Origin: an uncultured candidate division Zixibacteria bacterium | Lineage (GTDB): Bacteria; Zixibacteria; MSB-5A5; GN15; FEB-12 | Reading direction: 5' to 3' | Length of the DNA stretch: 64,000 nt | Assembly: GCA_963735035.1 (NCBI GenBank) | Contig: CAVTJJ010000003.1 | Location: 224,001-288,000, forward strand | Shown: positions 47,426 through 57,990 of the stretch, piece after piece | Numbering within the stretch: the stretch's first letter is position 1 | How the letters are laid out: each line of letters begins with the position of its first letter | Made by a program: the position numbers and the translations under genes | The notes under the pieces: model-generated | The model's input: the letters and a program-made list of their open reading frames with translations, nothing else | What the model was told of the DNA's origin: nothing | Database searches by the model: none

Positions 47426-48580
47426 TCAATGTTCGTCGCTGCATTGCGATGAACTAAACTCTATATCCTTAAAGATCTCAAGTTTTCGGACATCAGTAAC
47501 TCGCTGGCATTCCCAGACAAAAGCAGGACTCCCGTCAAGAATCCCATACGTACCTGCGACGTAATCAAATTCAGCTTCGATCAAGCGGTCTTTCTCATCA
47601 ACTATCATCTTCTCTACATGGAGAATTTGAGTCTTGTCGAGACCAACGGCGCTTCCTAACCTCTTCCACGCTGCTTCAGGTTCGGCTATTCTGGCCTTGA
47701 GGTAGGGTTGGAAATACTCAGAGAACTCGTCTCTAATCACCATTTGAACGAGGTCCTCCTGGATTTCTTGATCGCCGTGCATTGACGTAAAGAAGACGCT
47801 GTCGCCAACTATCTTCTTATAGAAAATGTATCGCACCTCAAGCTTCGGTGCAAGCGCGTGATCAAGAGCGTCGAGACGGCTAAGGACCATAGCTTCGGCA
47901 CCGACTCCAAAGGGACATTGGCTCATTACAAAGAGCTCTATCGTGTTGTCTTTGACTTTCAGAAACGCCGACACCTCCAACTGACCTTCTACCTTCATTG
48001 CTCCCCCGGCGAGGATACGCTGCCCTTCGAGCTTGGTCAACTCGGTAATGTGATCCCCGGTCGCCTCGTACCTAGCTACCGAGTCGACGATGTATGGTTT
48101 CCCATTTTCCACCATGATCGTACCGCGAAGCGTTTGCACATCCCAGATAGGATTCTCCTGAGCGTACTTAATCTTTGCGTTAAGCGACTTGGTCACTTCG
48201 AGAGATAGCTTATCCTTTCCGTTGAGGTTATTGAAATCTACCGAGTTCAATAGTTCAGCGGATTTCTCAGCAGCCCAATAGCCGATGATTTCCATTAGCT
48301 TCGGGTTCTGTATAGCTATTGTGTAAGTTACATCATTCCCACTCTTGGCAATCCGAACAGCGAATGTAGCGTCACCACCATACTTGTTGATGCCCAATAG
48401 TATACTGCTATTAAGAATGGAAAACTCCTGTAGATTCAATCTTAGTTCGTGCCTTCGTGCCAAAGACTGTGAATCACTCGAATTCTCACTGCCTTGCAGT
48501 ACACAAGCAAAGGACAACCAGATAGCGAAGGCGATGATACTGACTATTCTCGTAGTACGTCTATTCGGTATCTTCATCAT
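47426..48580 (-). CDS. Exported protein with a C-terminal thioredoxin-fold (DsbA/GILT-like) domain
   Basis: ELFVMSQCPFG, SMHGDQEIQED and YGILDGSPAFV motifs; visibly more AT-rich. ATGA overlap with the upstream fibre gene. Confidence 0.6.
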   Translation of the reverse strand: MMKIPNRRTTRIVSIIAFAIWLSFACVLQGSENSSDSQSLARRHELRLNLQEFSILNSSILLGINKYGGDATFAVRIAKSGNDVTYTIAIQNPKLMEIIGYWAAEKSAELLNSVDFNNLNGKDKLSLEVTKSLNAKIKYAQENPIWDVQTLRGTIMVENGKPYIVDSVARYEATGDHITELTKLEGQRILAGGAMKVEGQLEVSAFLKVKDNTIELFVMSQCPFGVGAEAMVLSRLDALDHALAPKLEVRYIFYKKIVGDSVFFTSMHGDQEIQEDLVQMVIRDEFSEYFQPYLKARIAEPEAAWKRLGSAVGLDKTQILHVEKMIVDEKDRLIEAEFDYVAGTYGILDGSPAFVWECQRVTDVRKLEIFKDIEFSSSQCSDEH

Positions 48581-50478
48581 GATGGCCTACAAATACAACA
48601 CTTTAACGTACTAACTGGATTACCGGGGTAGGGTGCGGTACACGATCCAGTGTCGGATGTGATTGTACAGGCTCCCGGCAATCCGGCAATCAGTGTACCT
48701 CCGGCACAAGAACATGCAGATCCATTATTAGATGAGAGACAGATTGCGACGGTAGTCACTGCAGGACCGGTCGGGCCCTGAGGACCGGTCGGGCCCTGAG
48801 GACCGGTCGGGCCCTGAGGACCGGTCGGGCCCTGAGGGCCGGTTGCACCCTGAAGATTGGCATAACTCCCCCAAGTTCCATCGGAGTTCTGAAACCTCAA
48901 ACTGGTTCCAGACCATTGGTGGCTTGGCGCGGGACCAATCAGTCCCGACGGGTTGCCAACCCAAGCGCCGCTGCTATTGATAACCTGCACGCCGGCGACG
49001 GCAATCGCGCCGTTGACGTCGAGCTTTGCTTGGGGAGTAGTAGTGCCTACTCCGATATTCCCGTTGTCATAGATAGTGCCGGAGACCAGCGCGAGGCCAT
49101 CCCATTTCGGCACGTAATTAGCGGTGTTTGAGCCAACTTGCGGATCGGTTTCGGCGCCGCTACCCGTCTCATCGTTTGCTGCTGCCCAAAAGTAGCCATT
49201 CCATTTGATCACTTGCCCACTTGCTGCCGTGTTCTGTGCAAAATCATTGAACAGAATCGTCCCGTTCAGGATTTGTGTGGTTGTCACGGCGTTGGTAGCG
49301 ATGTCGGCTGAACCTATTGTCCCATCAAGAATCTCGGAGGTAGTGACCGCCCCAGGGGCGATTGATAGAGAGGTAACTGCGTCCGCTGCAATCTGTAGGG
49401 AGCCAACGGCATCGGTGGCAATATGTTCACTGGTAACGCCACCAGAGGCAATTGAAAGTGTTGCCACGCCCGATGTGGCCCCGCCAGACAAGCCACTGCC
49501 CGCTACAACTTCGGTGATATCACCACTTCCACTCCCCCCCCCAGCTGCGGTGGTCTGCAGTGTACCATCCGGGAACCTGATGCCATCTACCCCCGGTGTA
49601 CCTCCAATATGCAAAGCCGCCTGAGGGTTGGCTGTGTTGATACCAAATCCGCCGGCCGCGCGCACTATGAACTGGTTGGGGCCTGTCGACCCGAAGACCG
49701 CATTTTGTCCATCTGCCCACACAAAGGAACCATCATGACTTGCGTTAGCCCTAAGACCTGCAGCAAAGGAGTAACTGCCATCGGCCGAGTTGTAACGACC
49801 TCCTGGTACGACTGAGTAATCGCCACCGGCACGATTATCTCGACCACCACTGACAACCGAGTAGTCACCTACCCCGGCTTTTGCTTCAGAACCGGCTTTT
49901 CCGTCAGCGGCAGCTTTTCCGTCAGAACCGGCAGTGTTGTCCAGACCACCACCAACGGTGGAGTAGGCTCCGCTGGCCATGTTCCCCTCCCCGGCCACGA
50001 ACGCCCCCACACCGGAATTGGTGTTGCTTGAGCCAATAGTGGCCTTTCCGCCAATTGACACATCGCCGTCGACGTTGCCTCCACCTGAACCATCCAAACT
50101 GGCAACTCGCGCTGAGTAGGGAACCGATGTCAACCTGGTCCTGGGCTCAATTGTTTCACCACTAATAACCATCTGGAGCCAGCACTCGCTCCCACCAAAA
50201 ACGGTTGGCGGGATCGGCACAGTACTACCCAGAATCACTGTAAATCCGCCATTGCTGACAGTCACTGTGGGGTGTGATTCGGTCCACAAGACGGTACCAC
50301 CAGTTGCCTGGCTGAAAATAGTGAATTGCATTGCCACTGCCCCTTCGACAGGAGTGCCGTCGCCGTTGGTTATGTGTCCCTGGTAACTCATCATCTGTGG
50401 CACTTCGGCCAAAACGGCTGACATCAGTCCGAGGCAGACGACTATTAGTATGGTGGAAAACCCTGCCAGATTCTTCAC
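48577..50478 (-). CDS. Secreted trimeric fibre/adhesin-like protein with collagen-like repeats and Cys-rich tip, without the dockerin-like tag
   Basis: PQMMSYQGHIT...GGTVLW...PRTRLTSVPYS N-domain; YadA-head-like GGxxNxAxGxYS repeats; IAxxAVTxxx repeats; GNIGVGTTTP; (GPQGPT)n. Confidence 0.78.
   Translation of the reverse strand: MKNLAGFSTILIVVCLGLMSAVLAEVPQMMSYQGHITNGDGTPVEGAVAMQFTIFSQATGGTVLWTESHPTVTVSNGGFTVILGSTVPIPPTVFGGSECWLQMVISGETIEPRTRLTSVPYSARVASLDGSGGGNVDGDVSIGGKATIGSSNTNSGVGAFVAGEGNMASGAYSTVGGGLDNTAGSDGKAAADGKAGSEAKAGVGDYSVVSGGRDNRAGGDYSVVPGGRYNSADGSYSFAAGLRANASHDGSFVWADGQNAVFGSTGPNQFIVRAAGGFGINTANPQAALHIGGTPGVDGIRFPDGTLQTTAAGGGSGSGDITEVVAGSGLSGGATSGVATLSIASGGVTSEHIATDAVGSLQIAADAVTSLSIAPGAVTTSEILDGTIGSADIATNAVTTTQILNGTILFNDFAQNTAASGQVIKWNGYFWAAANDETGSGAETDPQVGSNTANYVPKWDGLALVSGTIYDNGNIGVGTTTPQAKLDVNGAIAVAGVQVINSSGAWVGNPSGLIGPAPSHQWSGTSLRFQNSDGTWGSYANLQGATGPQGPTGPQGPTGPQGPTGPQGPTGPAVTTVAICLSSNNGSACSCAGGTLIAGLPGACTITSDTGSCTAPYPGNPVSTLKCCICRPS
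48764..48835. repeat. Four exact 18-bp tandem repeats (coding, collagen-like)
   Basis: (GGACCGGTCGGGCCCTGA)x4. Confidence 0.95.
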
Positions 50479-50526
50479 GGTCTCTTCTCCTTATATGTGG
50501 CGTAGTCGCGTGTGTACTCTGATGCT

Positions 50527-50555
50527 AGTATAAGCAGGCCGGCCAAATCTGTCAA
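50527..50555 (-). promoter_or_regulatory. Sigma70-type promoter of the fibre gene
   Basis: TTGACA-N17-TATACT. Confidence 0.65.
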
Positions 50556-50599
50556 GACCACTTTGCGCAATTCCATCCAAGGCGTAGTCACCATGCATG

Positions 50600-50633
50600 A
50601 AAAATCCCTCGAGGATCTTATCCTCAAGGGATT
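50600..50633 (-). terminator. Terminator downstream of tRNA-Leu
   Basis: AATCCCTTGAGGAT-AAG-ATCCTCGAGGGATT ending in a T-run on the minus strand. Confidence 0.75.
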
Positions 50634-50638
50634 GAAAT

Positions 50639-50723
50639 TGGTGCGGAAGGGGGGATTTGAACCCCCACGGATTACTCCACTACCCCCTCAAGATAGCGTG
50701 TCTACCAATTCCACCACTTCCGC
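50639..50723 (-). tRNA. tRNA-Leu (anticodon GAG)
   Basis: GCGGAAGTGGTGGAATTGGTAGACACGCTATCTTGAGGGGGTAGTGGAGTAATCCGTGGGGGTTCAAATCCCCCCTTCCGCACCA: long variable arm, encoded CCA, typical position after secG. Confidence 0.95.
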
Positions 50724-50745
50724 ATCCATTGTTCGTTGTATTTGC

Positions 50746-50819
50746 GGCAGAACCCCAGAGGGTTCTGCCTTATATGTCTTTCATAATGTCGAAACCGCTG
50801 GGGTTTCGACCTACAAGGC
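50746..50819. repeat. REP-like element 3
   Basis: GGCAGAACCC-CAGA-GGGTTCTGCC plus GTCGAAACC...GGTTTCGAC-CTACAAGGC. Confidence 0.6.
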
Positions 50820-50827
50820 TTGTGTTG

Positions 50828-51277
50828 TTAGTTTCCGCTCTTCTTGGTAGTGTCGCCGAGACCGAGGCTGTCCAGATTGATCGACGGTGTGCCGGACTGG
50901 CGCGCCAGCGAATCCTGCGAGGCGGCTTCCTGCTGACGCTGCATCTGCTCGAGCTGTTGCTCGCGTTCCTGTTGCGCCTGACGCGTTACCGACGATTCAG
51001 CCGGAGCTGTGGTTTGTCCATCGGCTGCCGGAGCAACTCTGTTGCTGGACGACATCAACGCCAAAGCGCCACAGTTAACGAAGAAGACAATGGCCAGCAC
51101 CGTCGTGGCTTTGGAAAGAAACGACGCCGCACCGCGGCCGCCGAACACAGCGTTGGAAACACCGCCGCCGAAAGCCGTGCCACCGGCCAGACCTTCGCCT
51201 TTAGCAGACTGCATCAGCACGACAATGATGAGCGCGACACAGACGAGAACATGAAAAACAACCCAGGGGATAAACAA
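50828..51277 (-). CDS. secG: Preprotein translocase subunit SecG
   Basis: LIIVVLMQSAKGEGLAGG..FGG...FLSKAT; lies between tpiA and tRNA-Leu. Confidence 0.92.
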   Translation of the reverse strand: MFIPWVVFHVLVCVALIIVVLMQSAKGEGLAGGTAFGGGVSNAVFGGRGAASFLSKATTVLAIVFFVNCGALALMSSSNRVAPAADGQTTAPAESSVTRQAQQEREQQLEQMQRQQEAASQDSLARQSGTPSINLDSLGLGDTTKKSGN

Positions 51278-51293
51278 TTGACCAAACCTCCGC

Positions 51294-52043
51294 TTACGCC
51301 GCCTTTATGATCGCGATAAACTCATCGGCCTTCAATGACGCGCCGCCCACGAGGGCGCCGTCAATATCAGGCTGCGACAATAATCCGGCTGCATTTTTCG
51401 CATTGACCGAGCCGCCGTACAGAATAGGTACTGTCTCCGACACAGCGCGGTCGATAGCCGCCAGCTTAGCGCGAACAAAACAATGAACCGCCTCGGCCAT
51501 TTCCGGGGTGGCGGTTCTACCCGTACCTATCGCCCAAACGGGCTCATAGGCAATTACTGTCTTCTTCAATGCGTCGGCCGAAAATCCTGCCAGGACGCCG
51601 TCAATTTGCTTCCCGACAACGGCTTCGGTCCGACTGCCCTCGCGTTCATCCAGCGTTTCGCCGACACAAATAATCGGCGTCAGGCCGGCCGCCAGAGCTT
51701 TTCCGGCTTTGGCATTTATCAACTGATCAGATTCAGCGTGATACTGCCGCCGCTCGGAGTGTCCCAAGATAACGAAGGTGGCCCCGACTGTCAACAGCAT
51801 CGCGGCCGAAATCTCACCTGTAAACGCCCCTTTGTCGTGTTGGCTCATGTCCTGGCCGCCCACCGCGATATGGCTGCCGAGCAGCAGCCTGGAGGCGGTT
51901 GGCAGGGCGGTAAAGGGAGGACAGACAACCACCTGGGCGCGAGAACTCTTACTTTCGCCGGCCAAAAGCGCCCGGATCAGTTGCTCGGTTTCGCCGAGCG
52001 TACCGTTCATTTTCCAGTTGCCGGCGATTATCTTCCGGCGCAT
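51294..52043 (-). CDS. tpiA: Triosephosphate isomerase
   Basis: AGNWKMN, GHSERR, AYEPVWAIGTG, YGGSV, LVGGASL. Confidence 0.98.
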   Translation of the reverse strand: MRRKIIAGNWKMNGTLGETEQLIRALLAGESKSSRAQVVVCPPFTALPTASRLLLGSHIAVGGQDMSQHDKGAFTGEISAAMLLTVGATFVILGHSERRQYHAESDQLINAKAGKALAAGLTPIICVGETLDEREGSRTEAVVGKQIDGVLAGFSADALKKTVIAYEPVWAIGTGRTATPEMAEAVHCFVRAKLAAIDRAVSETVPILYGGSVNAKNAAGLLSQPDIDGALVGGASLKADEFIAIIKAA

Positions 52044-52044
52044 C

Positions 52045-53259
52045 TCAGAGCGCCCCTACGCGAGTCTGGTTGGTCAGCGCCGCGACGCCCGGAAGGTCCT
52101 TGCCTTCGAGGAATTCCAGCGATGCCCCACCGCCGGTGGAAATGTGGCTGAGCCGATCTTCCAGGCCGGACCGCGAGACCGCCGCGGCTGAATCGCCGCC
52201 CCCGACTACGGTCGTGGCGCCGTTGTCGGTCGCCTCGGCCAACATCCGCGCCACCGCGAAAGTCCCTTCGGCAAACGGCGGACACTCGAAAACCCCCATC
52301 GGTCCATTCCAGAGCACGGTCTTGACGTTCGCCAGCGCTTTCGCGAACAGTTTGATCGATTCCGGTCCGATGTCGAGCCCCTTCATGCCTTCGGGGATAT
52401 TCTTGATCGAGACAATACTGGTCTTCGCCTTGGCGTCGATCTCGGACGCTATCACCGCGTCAACCGGGAGCAGGAACTTGACGCCCGACGTTTCCGCTTT
52501 GGTCATGATTTCTCGCGCCATGGATACGCGGTCAGGTTCGAGCAGCGAGTCGCCGATCGAATAGCCGAGCGCCTTGGCGAACGTGAACACCATGCCGCCG
52601 CCGATGATCAGGATATCAACTTTGCTGACCAAATGCTCAACCACCAGGATCTTATCTGAAATCTTCGCGCCACCGAGTATGGCCGCAAACGGCCGCACCG
52701 GTTCCGACAGCGCACCGCCCAGATAATGCAGTTCTTTTTCCATCAGGAAGCCTGCGACCGATTGATCGAAATAGCGCGTGACTCCCTCGGTCGAGGCGTG
52801 CGCCCGATGGGCCGATCCGAAAGCGTCGTTGACATAAATGTCCGCCAACGAAGCCAGTTTCTGAGCAAACTCCGGATTATTCTTCTCTTCCTCGGGATGG
52901 AAGCGAAGGTTCTCCAGAAGAATGACATCGCCCGCTTTCATCCGTCCGACCAGATTGGCCGCTTCCGGACCAATGCAGTCTTCGGCGAAAGTCACCGGTT
53001 TACCCAGTAGTTCCTGAAGCCGTCGCGCCGCCGGACGTAGCGACTGTTTCGGATCGGGGCCTCCCTTGGGACGCCCGAGATGCGAGCAGGCGATTACCGC
53101 ACCGCCGTCGCCGAGGATCTTCCTCAGAGTCGGCAGGGCGGCCTTGATGCGGCGATCGTCGGTGATATTCTGCCGCTCGTCGAGCGGAACATTAAAATCA
53201 ACCCTTACCAGGGCCTTGCGGCCCCGGAAATTGATGTCTGAAACGGTCACTTTGTTCAT
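52045..53259 (-). CDS. pgk: Phosphoglycerate kinase
   Basis: RVDFNVP, SHLGRP, LLENLRF, NDAFGSAHRAHAS, HISTGGGASLE; start MNKV after GAGG. Confidence 0.98.
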   Translation of the reverse strand: MNKVTVSDINFRGRKALVRVDFNVPLDERQNITDDRRIKAALPTLRKILGDGGAVIACSHLGRPKGGPDPKQSLRPAARRLQELLGKPVTFAEDCIGPEAANLVGRMKAGDVILLENLRFHPEEEKNNPEFAQKLASLADIYVNDAFGSAHRAHASTEGVTRYFDQSVAGFLMEKELHYLGGALSEPVRPFAAILGGAKISDKILVVEHLVSKVDILIIGGGMVFTFAKALGYSIGDSLLEPDRVSMAREIMTKAETSGVKFLLPVDAVIASEIDAKAKTSIVSIKNIPEGMKGLDIGPESIKLFAKALANVKTVLWNGPMGVFECPPFAEGTFAVARMLAEATDNGATTVVGGGDSAAAVSRSGLEDRLSHISTGGGASLEFLEGKDLPGVAALTNQTRVGAL

Positions 53260-53279
53260 CGTTTGTGCCTCAAGAAGTT

Positions 53280-55027
<1,748 letters not shown>

Positions 55028-55168
55028 AGTTATCTTATTCAACATATCAACGTTCGCCAAGTTTCATAGCCGACCCATTCGGCCGGCTCTCCTTTTTGTG
55101 CGCCGACCCTTCGATCGGCATATTCCTACTAATCGGCACCGTTGGCGGCTTAAGCTACCGCCGAAAGG

Positions 55169-56741
55169 CTATTTGCCCGGCTGTTTAGCACCGTAGAATA
55201 TCAACCGCTGGGAGCGGTAGTCAAATAGAACTCGAAACTGGCTGAGAACCATATTCCCAATATTTCCAGCCAGTTCTACAGAGCCGGCAAGGCCGCTGCC
55301 GCTATCGGGAAGCAATACCCGAAGGTCGGATATACGAATGTCGCCGAACGCAAACGAAGCGGCATAGGCCGATTTACCACTGAGACCTCCGCCCACCCCG
55401 CCAATCTCGTGAGGGAGGTCCTGAATATCGCTCAATTTCGCAAGCAAATCGTGGGTACGGCTGAATTCCCGGTTCACGATCAAACCAAAAGCGTTTCCGA
55501 GATCGACCAGATACAATCCAGGCAGACCGTTCAACTCCGCCTTCACAGTCGGTACCTGCAGGGTAAGGTCGAACGGAACCTCAATACCCCCCAGGGGTGG
55601 CTGGAAACGATCCGGGTTATAGACCGTCAGAGAATTGGACGCGTAGTCGACCAACACGGGGAAACGTGAAAGAAAATCGTATCCAAGGAGCCCCCCGAAC
55701 GGAAGATCTTCGGCTGAACGCTTACTCCCTACCAGCGACAAATCCATCACCCCACCGACTTGAGAGAGCAACACCAGGCCGCCGATGACCAGTGAGTCGG
55801 TTTGAATCAGGTCAACCTTCTCGTAGCCTGCCACACCGATTGCCGGCAAATTTCCTACGACCGCGAGGTTCAGCCCCTCAATCGACGGACGGTGGAACAG
55901 ATTGGCTGAGGCGCCGGAGTCTAGCAGAGAAGCGTAACGGTCGTCCATTGACTGACGCTGTGAAATAGATATGTCCCGCGACCATCTGGAATGGCACCGT
56001 CACCGAATCGGCTCCGGCCGGGAAACGATAATCGACGGCCGACGCCGGACGGGCGAAGCGGCTCGAATCAATCGGCCGGTCAAAAATGACGCTGTCCATG
56101 GTCACGGTCATGTCGGTTTCGGCGGCCTGCGCAACGGCATGCGAAGTCATCGCCATCAGCACGCCCTGGACAAATTGATGCTCGCTGTACTCGGTCTTGA
56201 CTTCGAGGTTGTCCATATAGGACACGTCAAAGAGCTGGTGCCCGTCGGCGGTATCGAAATAAGAATACACCGTATCCGTGAACAATGGGCTGAATGATAC
56301 TTTGTGGCACACGATGCTATCGTGGGTCTCCAGGCCGAGATACTCTTTTCCGCCCGGTAGACGGTCGGGAAAGAGATACGAGTAGGTCTGGAAGTACACC
56401 TGGCTGAGCAGAGAGCGCTTCTCGTGCCCGCTCAGAAAGCTGATCTGGCCGTTTTGGTCTCTCTGCCAGGCGTCAGTGCCGTCGAACACTTGCATAAGCG
56501 CAAAAGGTCCGAGTCGCAGTTCGACACACAGTCGGTTCGGCATCGCAACCCAGATTTCCATCGTCCCCGGCATCCCGCTCAGGTTGGCGTTACCGGACGC
56601 GTACATCGTCTTGACCGAGCGCAGTTTCTCCAGGGCGGCAGGCCCACCCACCGATTGGATCAGAAGTGAATCGAGATTGAAAGCAAAGCCGGATCCGGCT
56701 ACCGCCGTCAGCAGGATCGTAACCAATAGGAAACGTCGCAT
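55169..56741 (-). CDS. Secreted aspartyl protease (N-terminal LolA-like region plus two retropepsin-like domains), frameshifted at ~55928
   Basis: Removing one base joins VNGRPLRF to LLDSGASAN; GLLGYDFLSRF; second motif LVDLGNA; GNIGNMVLSQF. Confidence 0.78.
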
Positions 56742-56769
56742 AGATTAGCTCCTCGAACGCGGGAACTCG

Positions 56770-57990
56770 TCAGTATTCCTGCCAATGGTAGTCGGCTGAG
56801 ATTATCAAGCCGATGAGCGTCCAGAACAGTATCAAGGCCGTGCCACCGTAGCTCACAAACGGCAAGGCCAGACCGGTGACCGGCATCAGGCTGAGAGTCA
56901 TGCCAATATTGACGAAGAACTGAAACATGATGATCCCGGTCGCACCCATCACTACGTTGGAAGCGAATCGGGAACGACATCGTCCGGCTATCTTGATGGC
57001 CCGATAGAACACGTAGCAGAACAGGCCCATCACAATGACGGCTCCGAGCATGCCGAATTCCTCGCCGAGCACCGAGAAAATGAAATCGGTATGGCGTTCG
57101 GGCAGGAAATCGAGTCGCGACTGGGAACCGTTCATCAGCCCCTTGCCGAAAATCCCCCCCGAACCAATAGCAATCTTCGACTGAATAATCTGGTATCCGG
57201 CGCCGCGTGGATCGCGACCGGGATCGAGGAACGTCAGGATGCGGAGTTTCTGGTAATCGGCAAGACGGTTCCACAGCAGGGGTGTTATTCCCCCTACTAC
57301 CAGATTCAAGACGATCAATGAAATTCCAGACACCAGACCCGGACGAAGCACCAGCACAATCGCCAGCAACAAGATTATATACAGCCCCCAGGCCACCCAG
57401 TGTGACGCCGCCACCAGTGATATAATCGGCGATACAATCAGGAAGAGATATCCTATCGAGAATCCGGACCAGAACCAGAGTACGAACAGCAGAACGAAGA
57501 AGACCAGCGACGTCCCCATGTCGGGTTGTTTCAGAATCAGGGCCGCCGGAATGAGAGTCAGAATCGCTGAGATGGAGAAGCGTCGCTTTGAATTGGCCGC
57601 GAGTCGTGTGTAGGCAAAGAATCGACTGAGGGTCAAAAGAAGCGCAATCTTGGCCACATCCGACGGGGCCAGATTGACCGGGCCGAAGGCGAAAAAACGC
57701 CGGGCATCACTCAGTTTTGAATGTCCAAAGATCAGCACGGCGACCAGCAGCACAATGGCTAAACCGTAAAGCAAGTAAGCACTGACGTCAAAAAGGCGGA
57801 CCGGCAAGTGAATTACTACGGCGAAGACACTGAGTGCGAAGAGCAGCCAGACCATTTGACGGACGTAGTAGTATTTTTCGTACCCGTTGTCGGCGTAGTG
57901 CTGGGCCGACATAACCATGATGATGCCGATAACCGAGAGCGCCAATACGGCGCCGATCAATTTCCAGTCGAGCTGTCCGTAATTAAGCAT
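56770..57990 (-). CDS. rodA: Rod shape-determining protein RodA
   Basis: KQPDMGT, GYQIIQSKIAIGSGG, LPERHTDFIF, LPFVSYGG; downstream of mrdA. Confidence 0.95.
   Translation of the reverse strand: MLNYGQLDWKLIGAVLALSVIGIIMVMSAQHYADNGYEKYYYVRQMVWLLFALSVFAVVIHLPVRLFDVSAYLLYGLAIVLLVAVLIFGHSKLSDARRFFAFGPVNLAPSDVAKIALLLTLSRFFAYTRLAANSKRRFSISAILTLIPAALILKQPDMGTSLVFFVLLFVLWFWSGFSIGYLFLIVSPIISLVAASHWVAWGLYIILLLAIVLVLRPGLVSGISLIVLNLVVGGITPLLWNRLADYQKLRILTFLDPGRDPRGAGYQIIQSKIAIGSGGIFGKGLMNGSQSRLDFLPERHTDFIFSVLGEEFGMLGAVIVMGLFCYVFYRAIKIAGRCRSRFASNVVMGATGIIMFQFFVNIGMTLSLMPVTGLALPFVSYGGTALILFWTLIGLIISADYHWQEY

Noticed and set aside
46640..50723. Prophage or active mobile element suggested by fibre-like genes at a tRNA
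   Set aside because: There are no integrase, capsid, terminase or transposase genes, and the fibres carry Sec signal peptides.
50512..51310. Plus-strand ORFs of 112 and 217 aa
   Set aside because: They overlap tRNA-Leu and secG on the opposite strand and have no recognisable motifs.
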